Source: Octopus vulgaris
Lineage: Eukaryota
Length of the DNA stretch: 64,000 nucleotides
Reading direction: 5' to 3'
NCBI GenBank assembly: GCA_951406725.2
Contig: OX597827.1
Span: 82,522,001-82,586,000, forward strand
Below are positions 14,869-28,612 of this stretch, piece after piece. Position numbers and translations under genes: made by a program. The number at the start of each line of letters is the position of its first letter. Position 1 is the first letter of the stretch. The notes under the pieces are model-generated. The model made no database searches. It was given only the letters and a program-made list of their open reading frames with translations, and had not been told where the DNA came from.

Positions 14869-15242
14869 CTACATATTCCAAGCTCTCTATCTGTAACAAA
14901 CTGTATTTGTAAGCTTCATTTGTAAAGTGCATGAAGGTTGCTAAGTAAGTTTCACAAGCCTGAGATGATGAGTTCAGTCCCAGGGTCTGTACGTATTGCC
15001 ATAATCCTGGGCCAACCGAAGTTGGCAGAAATAAAATAAGTGGAGACAACCCATTGAAGGGAAGGTCACTGGCTGAAATCTGGTTGCTAATTATGCAGTA
15101 CAAGGATTTGTTAAAGGTACATGTGGCTATGGAATACTCAGCAACTTAAGAATTCAATCAGTCGAATGTTCAATTGAAAGGAAAAGAAGAGTCATCATGG
15201 AAAGTGGTGGAGGGCCATTCACAAGTATATTTAAAACACAAA

Positions 15243-15290
<48 letters not shown>

Positions 15291-15770
15291 TTAACTAAAA
15301 TTCTCTCTCTCTCTCTTCCCCCTACACCTCAGTTGCTTGTAACTCCCCTAGCTCCACCTTCAAAGAATCTTCTATATTATTAAATAAAACTCTCAGAAGA
15401 GACAGAGCAGGCTCTGAGGAATCGGTTAGTTACCAGTGCAATCTTTGGCAGCCATACCACAAGGGAATGGCTTTTCTAAAGATGATTCTGCAACAAAACA
15501 AGGAACATACAATGTGTGTGTGAATGTGTGTATATGTCTCTTTATATGCACACATATGTGCATGTGTGTATGTGTGTGTGTGCATGTGTGTGTATATATA
15601 TATACATATACTTATGTCTTTATGGCAAAAAGATTCACATGATCTTAATAATGTACATTGCAACTCACAGAAATTAAGTATTTTTCACTGAAAGTGCTCA
15701 ATAAATAATTATAAATTACTTGGGACTATGACATAAGCACAAAGTGAAGAAATAGACTGGAAAAGGATTA

Positions 15771-15806
<36 letters not shown>

Positions 15807-15946
15807 TGCACACATATATATATACATATATATACCTAACACTATTCCATTGTATTTTTTACGTGAAACCAATTTGTAAGACCAGCCGTGATGGATATTT
15901 AATACTATACATTCGGGTAATATATATATCGTAGTTTCGTCTTGGT

Positions 15947-16027
15947 ATATGTTTGGCTGAAGAAGGTAAAGCAAATATGGGTGAGAGACATATCTTGCAA
16001 AACCTGAAACCTGCAGGTACCACATTA
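15947..16027 (+). ncRNA. type I hammerhead ribozyme motif
   Basis: tgg-CTGAAGA-aggt[gcaa atatg..catat ttgc]acct-GAAA-c ctgcag g-TA-cca: intact core, long stem II, palindromic stem III, GUA triplet. Confidence 0.7.
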
Positions 16028-16215
16028 TCCATTTTCCGGGTGTTTCATCTTTCAGATGTTCTCCCTGGAGGTAAGACGGTTTTTTTTCTCTATTTTGTTG
16101 CACACACGCATTTTTACTAATACATACGCGGTGAAGCTACACTTTAGCGGCGTATTTTTACGTTTGCTATTTCCAGTAAATATCGGTACTTAGTTGTGCC
16201 ATTTATTTACTAATT

Positions 16216-16296
<81 letters not shown>

Positions 16297-16313
16297 TATA
16301 TCTATATGTTTGT

Positions 16314-16459
<146 letters not shown>

Positions 16460-16462
16460 ATA

Positions 16463-16516
<54 letters not shown>

Positions 16517-16542
16517 GTATGTATATATATATATGGTATATC

Positions 16543-16573
<31 letters not shown>

Positions 16574-16751
16574 TATATATATACATATGCATATACATAT
16601 ATACATACATATCTATATATCATAGTAATGATTATCTGGTGTGTGTGTATGTGTGTGTGCATGCACCTCTTTTGTTGATGTATGTCAGTAAAGAATCAGC
16701 CAAAAAAAAAAAAATTAAAAAATAATAAAAAGATACCAATTTTCTTCAAAC

Positions 16752-16820
16752 AAAGTACTTTCGAATATTTGTTCTGTAGTGAGTTGCAGATACTCCCCTA
16801 TTTCTTTCATCATCAGTCAT
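16752..16820 (-). ncRNA. hammerhead-like motif (weak stem I)
   Basis: Minus strand: CTGATGA-tgaa...tctg..caga...ttc-GAAA-gtac-TT. Confidence 0.4.
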
Positions 16821-18789
16821 GCAGAGAAATATGGATGGTTGCTGATATGTTGGGAACTTGTAGTGAAAGACAATGACATGAAACTTCACCAGTTGATGTA
16901 GAAAGTATACAAATAAGCAATAAATACAGAAATAATAATAATAATAATAATGATAATAATAATAATAATAATAATGATAATAATAATAATAATAATAATA
17001 AAGAAATAAATAATGTAAATGGAAAGCAATCAAGAGTGAATTCTAATCATTGCGATTGTCTGTTGTTGTTGCTGTGGTGGTGGTCGTTGTCATGGCTGTG
17101 GTGGTGGTGGTGGTGATAATGATGTCAGTGTGTTTCTGAAAGAAATCGATAATTCTGTAACAACAACAACAACAATAATAATCCTATGATGAGAGAAGTG
17201 GGTTTTAGAGAAGCGGTGAGGGGCAGGGAATTCGCAGAACAGGGAAATGAAGAAGTCAAGTTGAGAGAATGAAGTTATGAGGGGAGGAGGAGGAAGTCCA
17301 GTTGGGATGAAGTGAATTTCTGTGTGATACAGCAGCCTTTTATATTGTGTCCCCTTGTCTAAGTATACCCAGGATAATTTAAAAATGGGTTAATGTTGGA
17401 TTACAGCACCAAGAGTGAAAGAGAGTGAGAAAGAAGGAGAGAGAGAGAGGGGAGAGAGAGAGGGAGAGAGAGGGAGAGAGAGAGAGGGAGAGAGGGAGAG
17501 AGAAATATGATTCAGATTAAATGAAAAAATAAAAAACAAATTACATTGCTTCAAAGAGTTAATTAACAAATATTTCAGGGTCAGACGTAAGACTCCGGAA
17601 AATATTCCTCCGAATGGTGGGGTTTTTTTTAGGGAATTTTTACCATTGTTTGGTTATATTCAACAACAACAGCAACAACGACAACAACAAAAGTTTATGG
17701 GGGTAGGGGTATCTTCATTTTGGAATTGATTTCTTTTGACAGAGGTCAGATTAGTGAGAGTAAAAATTTGATGCTTCAAAGAGTTAATTACAAAATATTC
17801 CAGGGTTAGAATTGCGACTCCTGAAAATGGTCATGTGATTTGTTTAAATTTATTCAACAAATGTGGAAAATCTGTATCGTAAAATTAGTTTCAAGGCAGT
17901 GAGCTGGCAGAATCCTTGACACATTGGACAAACTGCTTTGCGGCATTTTTGTGGTTCTTTATGCTCTGAGTTCAAATTCTGCCAGGATTCGATTTGCTTT
18001 TCATCCTTTTGGGGTCAATAAAATAAATACCAGCTGATCCCTGAGGTAAATGTAATCAACTTACGCCCCACCCGCAAAACATTACTGGCCTTATGCCAGA
18101 ATTCTGACCCATTATTATTATTGTTGTTGTTGTTGTTCTTGAACTTATTTAATGTGGCAACCTGGCAGACTGGTTAGCACACTGAACAAAGTGCTTTGCA
18201 GTATTTCACTTGACATTACATTCTGAGTTCAAATTCCACTGAAGCTAACTTTACTTTTTGTCCTTTCAGAATCAATAAAATAAATGCCAGTCTAGAACTG
18301 GGGGTCGATGTAACCAACTGACCCTTTCTCCAAAATCTCAGACCTTATAGAAAAGATTATTATTATTTTTGTTTTTACTGGAGTCAAATATTTTAGGAAA
18401 GGTGAGAAAAAGATGGGATGTTGTGTATAATATTGATGACTTTTGTGAGGTCATTTTGTGGCCGGAATAAAATCTAATGGTGAGAATATGAAATGCAAAT
18501 CAGATGAAGGCTGACTTCTGCTGACCTCTGATGACCTTCCTCCATGTCTTCATTTCAATGAAGGACAGTATGACAACTCATTTTGTCTATATTGTTTATA
18601 AGTTGCAAAAACAGTCTGAATTGGACTGAGACCAAGAACCAACTCAACTGACCAATCTGGAGAAAGGATGATAATGTTGAGCTTCATTAATGAGGTCCTT
18701 GGACTGGTCAAGAAGTTTGTAATATAGTGGTCAGTGGAGTAAGGCAGCCTTAGGGGAGGTTCAATGAACTATGGCATCAATAAGATATG

Positions 18790-20286
18790 CCAGGTGATCC
18801 CATAAATAATCAGTTTTTTCAACTGCAGGAACCAAAAGTCGGAGGGAGACAGGATAAACTACCTGCATTAACTTGTTATAAAAGCACGAAGTAAATTTAC
18901 CTTGTGCTTATTCTTAGTGCAAGTTTTGAAGAGTGCAGTTCGATTTTAACAGTTATTTTTTCAAAGTTATAATGGAAGTGACAACAGAGCATCTTTGGCA
19001 TATTTTGCTTTAGGAGTTCAATAAAAGCAACAATGCAATAAAAAGTGTGAGGAATATTAATGCAGGATTTGGGAATTGGACAATAAGCATCAGCCAGTGT
19101 CAACGGTGGTTCCAGAAATTCTGAGCCAGAAACGACAGCCTAGAAGATGAACCTCATCCTGGAAGATCTGTAGAGCTCAATGAGGATGTCCTGCAAACCC
19201 TGGTCGAACGAAGTCCCATTGTAACTGTTGAGGAACTAGCAGAGAAGCATAGATTTGGTCATTCAACCATTCATAAACACCTATGTGTCATTGGAAAAGT
19301 CAGCAAATTGGGTCAATGGGTTCCTCACAAACTTTCTGAGTCTAATCATGCGCAAAGAGTGAATGTTTGCTTTTCTTTGTTGTCACATCTCATGAATGAA
19401 CCTTTTTTTGGTTCAACTAGTGGCTGGAGACAAGAAATGGGTTCTCCATAAAAAAAGTCAAGTGCTGAAGACAGCAGTTAGGGAAAGGAGAAACAACAGC
19501 ACCACAAGCAAACCCTTTCATTATTGTATTTATTTTGAGATGCTCTGTGTTCTTTTCAATTACTTTAAATATAACAAAGCATTTAGTAAAATAACTTAGT
19601 TATCATTCAGCTGGTGTTAGGAACATAAATTGTAACTAAGGTTTGGTGGAAGGTTTTAATTCAAAACTTATGAAAACAACAGCCAGAGCCATTTTCAGCC
19701 GGTTAGTAATGAAAGGGCTAATGAAGGTCTTTACACATGTAAGGGGTTGTTATGTTTGATGGGATATGAAAGGTTTAGTCCACTTTGAACTTTTAAACCC
19801 AAACCAAATGATAACAAAGGAGATCTGCTGTGGGCAGCTTGAGTGGCTTAAGTCAGTGCTAGAAGAAAAATGACCGTCTTTGGTTTCAAAACAAAAAGTG
19901 TTCTTCCATCAGGATAATGCTTGGCCACGTAATGCGAGGATGACATTCCAAAGGCTGGAGCAGTTTGAATGGGAAATGATGCTCCACCCAAAATATTTGC
20001 TGGACATTTCCCCATTTGATTATCATTTATTCCGCAGTCTTCAAAATTATTTGGACGGAAAAAATATGAATTCTGTAAAGAAAGTCAGAACAGTACTGGA
20101 GGAGTATTTTCTGCAATGGACAAGTGAACTTTGGAAGAGAGGCATTGCAAGTCTCTCAAACAGAAGGAAGAGCATTGTAGAAAATGAAGGAGAGAATATT
20201 TTAGATTAAAAAATAACTTTGATTATCTTAATTTTGAGCAATGAAAAAGTATTAAAAAACCACATTATTTATGGGATAATCCAATA
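18790..20286 (+). mobile_element. near full-length decayed mariner transposon
   Basis: Transposase pseudogene 18972-20209 with QRWFQKF, WVPHKL, GDKKW, FHQDNA and YLLDISPFDYHLF motifs; TIR remnant atcccataaataat / attatttatgggat. Confidence 0.92.
19513..19717. mobile_element. piggyBac-like MITE nested in the mariner
   Basis: Perfect 11-bp TIR CCCTTTCATTA/TAATGAAAGGG, flanks caaa/ctaa; interrupts the transposase coding region. Confidence 0.7.
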
Positions 20287-20306
20287 TACATACACACACA
20301 TATATT

Positions 20307-20454
20307 CTCTCAATTTCTATCAAATTCACTCACAAGGTTTTGGTTAGCCTGAAGTTATAGCAGAAGACATTTGTCTAAGATGTCAAGCTGTGGGATTGAA
20401 CCCAGTACCATGTGGATTGGAAACAAACTTCTAAACCACATAGCTGTGCCTGCA
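20307..20454 (-). mobile_element. SINE family A, 5' fragment
   Basis: Similar to the head of 26824-27233. Other partial copies: 2440-2540, 14741-14830(-), 47509-47587(-), 50703-50875, 56888-57040. Confidence 0.7.
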
Positions 20455-20525
20455 CCTTGAAGAATACAATATGTATGTAATACATATATATATTTGTGTG
20501 TGTGTGTGTGTATGTAATATATATA

Positions 20526-20761
20526 CATGGATGGTCAAAAGTCACCTGACAGTAAATCAAAACCATTTAATTCCAAAATCTATTTAGGATTAACAACTGA
20601 ATGAATTTAATTAAAGCAACTAAATATGAAACCTCATGAAAATTGTTCAAACTGAAGTCCTTCTTGAGCAACACTTTTTTTCCAAATGAATAAATAAAAT
20701 TGAATATTAAGTTTTTACGGAATTTTGATTTACTGATGGGTGAATTTTGGCCAAAACCCTC
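20526..20761. mobile_element. Tc1/mariner-like MITE
   Basis: Imperfect ~35-bp TIR tggtcaaaagtcacctgacagtaaatcaaaa / ttttgatttactgatgggtgaattttggcca, flanked by TA. Confidence 0.6.
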
Positions 20762-21033
20762 TATATGTATATCTGCATGTTGTTCATACAGCTGTCTTCG
20801 TTTTTTGTTTTTCTGTAAATTTCAACTATATATACAGTCATGGCAGTTACTGGTGTCATGCAAATGGCAAGTGAAATCACGCATTACACTCTCGGGGAGG
20901 TTGGCGTTAGGAAGGGCATCCAGCAATAGAAACCTTACCAAAATCAGACTGGAGTCTGGTGCAGCCTTCCAAGTACCCATGCCAGCATAGACAACGGACG
21001 TTAAAGGATGTTGATGATGATGATGATGATATG

Positions 21034-21111
<78 letters not shown>

Positions 21112-22999
21112 ACACACATACAGCATATGTTTGATGTATTGTTATATTGCTCTATATGCAGTGTATATAACATGTATGTTTAATCAGACTATGCTGCATG
21201 TATATTGTATTGCTTTATTACTCAGTATATAATTTATATAATTTGAATATTCAGTTGTATAAAAATAGTGTTTCATTATAGATTTGGATTAACTAATCTC
21301 TACCCAGTGTATATAATCTGTGCTCACACATGGTGTATATTATGTAGTAAACTAGCAAGTTTGCTTTCTTTATCATCTCTGAACAAAGTATACAACATGT
21401 ATGTTTAATGAATGTATATAGCATGTCCATTCTACACTATACCACACAATTCTTCTGGTGTGTATACATTTATTGACCCTTTCTGCTATCCATTTAGGAA
21501 TGTCGCTTTTGATTGGACCCTGAAAAAGCTTGCCAATACATTTTCACTGACCAACCTCTACTTGTGATGCTATAAATCAGCCCCTTACACCATTCACTGA
21601 CCCAAGTGACATTAATGTGTTTCACCATAAAACAGCCGCAACTGATCGTTCACAGACATGTGTTGTCGAAATTATAATCCCATCAGCCAACAGAGAGGAA
21701 ATTCAGCCGTGAACATCAGAAAAATAACTGTTTGAACTCAGATTAATAAATTAGTTTTCCAGAAGCAGCTTTGACTAACTTCAGCTAATTAACGAGCAAA
21801 CAGAAACAACTTTTGCAGCCTTCTCAATTAAACCTTAATTTTTATTTCGTTTCTGACTTGCTGGAGCGTTGTTATCAGATGGGTTACACCTTACTTCTTC
21901 TTCGTCGACCATCTCCCGCATTCCTCTAAATTAATCGAAATGCAATTTAGAAATTAAACTCTATTTTCTTCGTTTTTACCAAAGCTGCACTGTTTAGGTA
22001 GCTGACACACAGACAGACATGCTCCACATCTGACGTCAAGACAACAAGCTTCGCCATGGAACTCACTGAGCAAATTTCAAATTATTTAGTGACATTTTTG
22101 CATCAGGAAATGGAAGAATTCTTTAATTGTATGGCAAAGCCAATATGAATATTACTAGGTTGGTTGATTTAATTTCTCTAGTCATACTTTTACTTCATAT
22201 AAAGAGAAGAGGAGAAAGAGAGAGTGAGAGAGTAAAAGAGAGAGTTAATATAAGAGTTGCTGGGTGAGTGGAGAGATCCAAAGGAGGAGGAGGAGGAGGA
22301 GGAGGAGGGAGAGTAAATGACAGAGTAGTCATGAGAGAAGTCGGACAAATGAGAAATTTGCTTTATTCCATTTTATTTTGAAGTAATAAACATTTTTTTC
22401 TTTTGAAAATTCGTATTCCTTTCATCATTTTGTATCCACACCAAAACAATTTGGTAAAAGCTCAATCATAATTATCGTATGTATATCATATTTCCTGATA
22501 CAACCCAAGATGGCAAAAGTAAACTTCCAAAGTTACCTCATCCTATAGCAAGTGTAATGTCTGTTGCAGGCTTTTAACAGGAATAATTTATATTCTCATA
22601 CACCTCTTATTGCTTTTACTTCTCTTTGACAAAGAGTTTGACACAAAATGTTGCATCTTCTATTTCTTTTCATTTGGTGTATTTATGTCCCTTGTGCAGT
22701 GGTGTAGTGGTGGTATTTCCACCAGCTCACACAACCATATTGTATAAATGAATTTTATTTATCCAACCAAGCAGTAACTGCAGTCATCACTCACCTGAAG
22801 ATTCCATATATCTGCAGGTGATGCTCAGAGTAGCAACAAGGTGACTCTGCCAAAATAATATATAAATATATATGCTGCACATATGTACTGAAGTATATAT
22901 ATATGTAGAAGGTTGAAAAGAAACACACGAGTTGATATATATATATATGGAAAAAAGTCAAGGCAGAAAATGCTAAAATAATTTTATAAAAAAACATTT

Positions 23000-23035
23000 C
23001 AGTACCGGTTTCAGTCATTAAGACTTTTTCAACTC
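23000..23035 (-). ncRNA. minimal hammerhead motif, U3-A8 variant
   Basis: ag-TTGAAAA-agtc ttaat gact-GAAA-ccgg-TA-ct; homologous to 38113-38150. Confidence 0.55.
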
Positions 23036-23591
23036 TAAGTATGGAAAACAACATTTTGGAAAAATTAAATGAAAAGTTTTTTAAAAGAATATTTGCATAG
23101 TATACAAGGGGCATTTTCCTTGTTTCTGCCTGTCTCTGTCTCTCTTGTTTAATTTTGTGGGTTCGAGGTCGTTGTCTTTTTCCATATATATATATATAAG
23201 ACAAAACTGAAGCTGAAGATATCTATTTAACATAAGTTTGATATTGGTAACAATTTTTTCAGTACTACTCTGTTTCCAACCATATTTATCAGGTCCAGAC
23301 TTACACACACACACACACACACACACACAGCATATACTTATACATAAATAGAGTTATATTTATCCTCATCACATGGAGTCTGGGACACATATTCAATGAC
23401 TATAGACGACTGAAAGAACGGTAATATCCCAGGGACTCAAAAGATGAGAAAAGTGTTCCATGGACGGTAAGGTTAGGTTTGCCATCACCAAACAGCACTC
23501 GATGAGCTGGGAAATTCGTTAAGGAAAAAGAATCTTCATAAGGAAATATGAAGTGGGGGACAACAACAACAACAACATCAACATCAACAGC

Positions 23592-23624
<33 letters not shown>

Positions 23625-23936
23625 AATAATGATAACTACCATAATAATGATAATAGGAAAAATTATATATAATAAAGAGAGAGAGTAGTGGGTGGGGGTG
23701 TGGAGATAAAGTTGTATCTATTGATTTGACAGGATACAAATATATATAAAAAAATGGCAAATAATAATAATGATGCTGATGATGAGGATAATAATGATAA
23801 TTAAGTAAGCATCCAACATAAATTGAAGTGTGTATCTTTACAGTATGTAGTCATTGCAGTTCTTCTAATTATGGCAATTGTCAGAGGACTTTAAAAAAAA
23901 AGTAGAGTCCACCACCTAACCCCAAACATCATTAAT

Positions 23937-23982
<46 letters not shown>

Positions 23983-24315
23983 CACACACACATGTATTAA
24001 CAAGAGTGATGGTGTGTATATATATATATGTATATATGTATCTATCTATCAGCCTATATATATGTGTGTGTGTGTGTGTGTTTATGCATATATGAATGTA
24101 TATATACACACACGCATACACATGGATACACATATACACACACATGCATGTATATATAATACACATTTAAGTGAAGTTATTTCGTTTCTGTTTGGAGCTA
24201 ATTCAATGAAGTCATTTCAATCACTTAAATAATATTTCCTCATCAACTTCTCTTCATTTTCTCTTCCTCTCCTCCTCATCCCTTCCTTCCTTCCTTCCTT
24301 TCTTTCTTTCTTTTT

Positions 24316-24359
<44 letters not shown>

Positions 24360-24943
24360 TCCTTCTTTCCTTCTTTCTTTCCTTCTTTCTTTCTTTCCTT
24401 CTTTCCTTCTTTCTTTCCTTCTTTCCTTCTTTCTTTCCTTCTTTCCTTCTTTCTTTCCTTCCTTTCTTTCTTTCTTTCTTGCTTGCTTTTTTTGCAGTTG
24501 TTGTTTTCTAGTTTCTTCCTTCTCTCACAGTTTCATCTTTCATCTTATATTATTGTTGTTGCTATTGCTGTTGTTGTTGTGATTGTTGTTGTTGTTGTTG
24601 TTGTTGTTCTTCTTCTTCTTCTTCTTCTTCTTCTTCTTCTTCTTCTTCTTCTTCTTCTTTTGTTGTTGTCTTTATTTCTCATGCTTTCTTCTTTCCTTTT
24701 CTTTACTCATTTACTTTTCCTCCTCCACCTCCTCCTCCTACTTCTGTTCTCTCTCTCTCTCTCTCTCTCCCTCACCCTTTCTCTCCCCTCTCTCAAACTT
24801 CCTGTCTCTCTCTCTCTCTCTCACTCCCTGTCTCACTCTCAATTGATCACAACCCTCCATGGACAACAACAGCCATAAAGTGACCACAACAACAACAGCT
24901 TCTTATAGTCACTTCCATGACAATTCACTGTTACAGTAGTAGC

Positions 24944-25006
<63 letters not shown>

Positions 25007-25034
25007 AGTAGTAGTAGTAGTGGTGGTAGTAGTG

Positions 25035-25132
<98 letters not shown>

Positions 25133-25474
25133 TCATTTGCTCCCCCACCCCCACCCGCATCCACCACTACCCTCATGCCATGTTGATATTTCACTCCAGT
25201 GTGGAAATCAGCTTTCAAATCTTCATTGCTTACTTCCAGATTTATTGTCAGGTTTGGTGGTGGTGGTGGTGGTGGGGCTCATGGTGTTGGTGGTGGTGGG
25301 GCTCATGGTGGTGATGGTGATGATGACGGCAATTATTGAGATGATGGTGACAATGTTAGTGATGATGATGATGATAAGGAAGCGGCGAGGGGAGGGATAA
25401 AGATGAATTACATTGAAAAATAAGGCCACAGCCAAACAATTGTTTTAAGAGCAATAAAAACAACTTTAAAAATA

Positions 25475-26815
25475 TAATAATAAAATAATATATAATATAT
25501 TATAATAAATAATATATAATATATTATAATAAATAAAATATAATATATTATAATAAAATAATATATAATATATTATAATAAAATAATATATAATATATTA
25601 TAATAAAATAATATATAATATATTATAATAAATAAAATATAATATATTATAATAAATAATATATAATATATTATAATAAAATAATATATAATATATTATA
25701 ATAAATAATATATAATATATTATAATAAATAATATATAATATATTATAATAAAATAATATATAATATATTATAATAAATAATATATAATATATTATAATA
25801 AATAAAATATAATATATTCTAATAAAATAATATATAATATATTATAATAAAATAATATATAATATATTATAATAATTAATATATAATATATTATAATAAA
25901 ATAATATATAATATATTATAATAAATAATATATAATATATTATAATAAATAATATATAATAATATAATAAAATAATATATATATATTATAATAAAATAAT
26001 ATATAATATATTATAATAAAATAATATATAATATATTATAATAAATAATATATAATATATTATAATAAATAAAATATAATATATTATAATAAAATAATAT
26101 ATAATATATTATAATAAATAAAATATAATATATTATAATAAAATAATATATAATATATTATAATAAAATAATATATAATATATTATAATAAATAATATAT
26201 AATATATTATAATAAATAATATATAATATATTATAATAAATAATATATAATATAATGAGATGCAGCATGGACTTTGTCAGTGAACAGGTAATTTTACGAC
26301 AAAATATTTTGACAAATTAAACTTAAATGTTGAAGTGAATACGTTTTGTGTGTTTCTTAAATGGCTTATAAACACCTTCTACACTGCAATTGTTTTCGTT
26401 TCAGCACACGATCTCAGATCAAATTACTTGCTATGCGAGTACATCTCCGTAATATATAATATATTATAATAAAATAATATATAATATATTATAATAAATA
26501 ATATATAATGTATTATAATAAAATAATATATTATAATAAATAATATATAATATATTATAATAAAATAATATAAAATATATTATAATAATAATATATAATA
26601 TATTATAATAAATAATTTATAATATATTATAATAAAATAATATATAATATATTATAATAGAATAATATATAATATATTATAATAAATAATATATAATATA
26701 TTATAATAAATAATATATAATATATTATAATAGAATAATATATAATATATTATAATAGAATAATATATACTATATTATGATAAATAATATATAATATATA
26801 ATAATAAAATAATTA
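25475..26815. repeat. almost pure-AT minisatellite, 24-25-bp unit taataa(a)ataatatataatatatta
   Basis: Dozens of tandem copies, interrupted at about 26256-26450 by a non-satellite segment. Confidence 0.9.
26256..26450 (+). mobile_element. repeat fragment carrying a degenerate G3-C8 hammerhead (26273-26316)
   Basis: tttgtca-GTGAACA-...-(g)AAA-atat-T-T-tgacaaa with a 7-bp perfect stem I; the downstream part matches 41011-41155 in reverse. Confidence 0.55.
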
Positions 26816-26823
26816 AATCATAA

Positions 26824-27233
26824 GCACAGGAGTGGCTGTGTGGTAAGTAGCTTGCTTACCAACCACATGGTTCCAGGTTCAGGCCCACTGCGTTGCACCT
26901 TGGGCAAATGTCATCTGCTATAGCATCAGGCCAACCAAAGCCTTGTGAATGGATTTGCTAGATGGAAACTGAAAGAAGCCCGTCGTATATGTGTGTATGT
27001 ATGTATGTATGTGTGTGTATACGTTTGTGTGTCTGTGTTTGTTCCCCCCAACATCGCTTGACAACCGAAGCTGGTGTGTTTACATCCCCGTAACTTAGTG
27101 GTTCGGCAAAAGAGACCGATAGAATAAGAACTAGGCTTACAAAGAATAAGTCTTGAGGTCGATTTGCTCGACTAAAGGCGGTGCTCCAGCATGGCCACAG
27201 TCAATTGACTGAAACAAGTAAAAGAGTAAAAAA
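26824..27233 (+). mobile_element. full-length tRNA-derived SINE, family A
   Basis: A box TGGCTGTGTGG (26833), B box GGTTCAGGCCC (26876), internal microsatellite, tail gtaaaaga; multiple copies in the window. Confidence 0.9.
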
Positions 27234-27579
27234 GTAATATTGGTTAATTAATTCAAGTCCTTAGAATCATTGAATAGAATACCTTGTGGTATTTCAATCC
27301 AGTTCACTGCACTCTGAGTCAAAATCCCACTAAAGTCTACCTTATTTTTCACCATGTACTAAGGCAACCACATTATATTCAAACACATTCACCCTCTCTA
27401 TTTGCCTTAGTTTTCGCTCCATATCCTGCTCATTGTCTTTCACTCTTAGTTTTCTTTCAAACTTTTCTATAAACACATCGCTGTTTCTTCTATACGTCCT
27501 GAGACTTCAAAATTGAGTTAAATAAATTTGTAAACATTCTCTAACAACTAGTAATATATCATACACACATTTCCTATCT

Positions 27580-27698
<119 letters not shown>

Positions 27699-28153
27699 AG
27701 TCCTCATGATAATAAACTTCCATTGCACAATGTCAACAACTGAATGGATTCAAAGACAATGTCTTGCTTGTAATTTACAGAATTTTATCCTGTGTTTGGT
27801 TTGATGCCCTTCCTAACCATAGCCCTTTTAGAGGACCCATTCATACATTCTATTGTGGTCCCAACTCTTGAGACGTAATCATGTTTTCAACAAGACTAAA
27901 AAGTCCCCTGTTCCTGCTTCATTGTCCCTGCTCATTTGCCAACCACATTACCAAGTGGTGCATTTTTATTGTGGCAGGAGCCCTAGTGAAGTTACCTTGA
28001 GTCCTGCATGGCTGAGTCTCACAACTTTACGGGGTCTCTGTTCATTGAAGACTGTGTAAGAAAGAGGGGAGAGAAAAAGAGAAAAAGATGGAGTGAGTAA
28101 TGAATGGTAGTGCTAGACATATGTGTGTGTATACATGTCTATGCATATGTGCA

Positions 28154-28190
<37 letters not shown>

Positions 28191-28338
28191 ATTCATACAC
28201 AAGGTACAGGAAACTTATATATACATCATTCTGCTTAAATAATGGAACTGCAGATAAAATATCCTTACATATCTCACTTCTATTTTCATTCCTACAATTC
28301 ACCCTAGAATAACTATTCTTAAACATTTTCTCACACCA

Positions 28339-28384
28339 TCTCCGATGAAGGGATATATAAAATATCTCAGAAACAGCTGTAAGA
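28339..28384 (+). ncRNA. type I hammerhead motif, U4C variant
   Basis: tct-CCGATGA-a gggatat..atatctc a-GAAA-c agct g-TA-aga. Confidence 0.6.
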
Positions 28385-28612
28385 CCTTCTAATTATAAAT
28401 GTTCTGAAATCTTTCACAGCCTTGGATTTTTATCTCATCCTGAAAATTTTTTTATATATATAGAATATGAGAGGTTTAGTTCACTTGTGATCTAAACGAA
28501 TAAGTAAGCTGGGTAAGGGCTATAGTTGGTCGACCATTTGGTTCCAAGATCACAGCTAAGGCGGGATCTGGGGATCCGTGTTAGGGTTCCATTATAGCAG
28601 TTATATATATTA

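Noticed and set aside
23205-23265. CTGAAGA-tatc...gata motif
   Set aside because: No GAAA after stem II
26824-26900. tRNA gene
   Set aside because: A/B boxes belong to a SINE head; no complete cloverleaf
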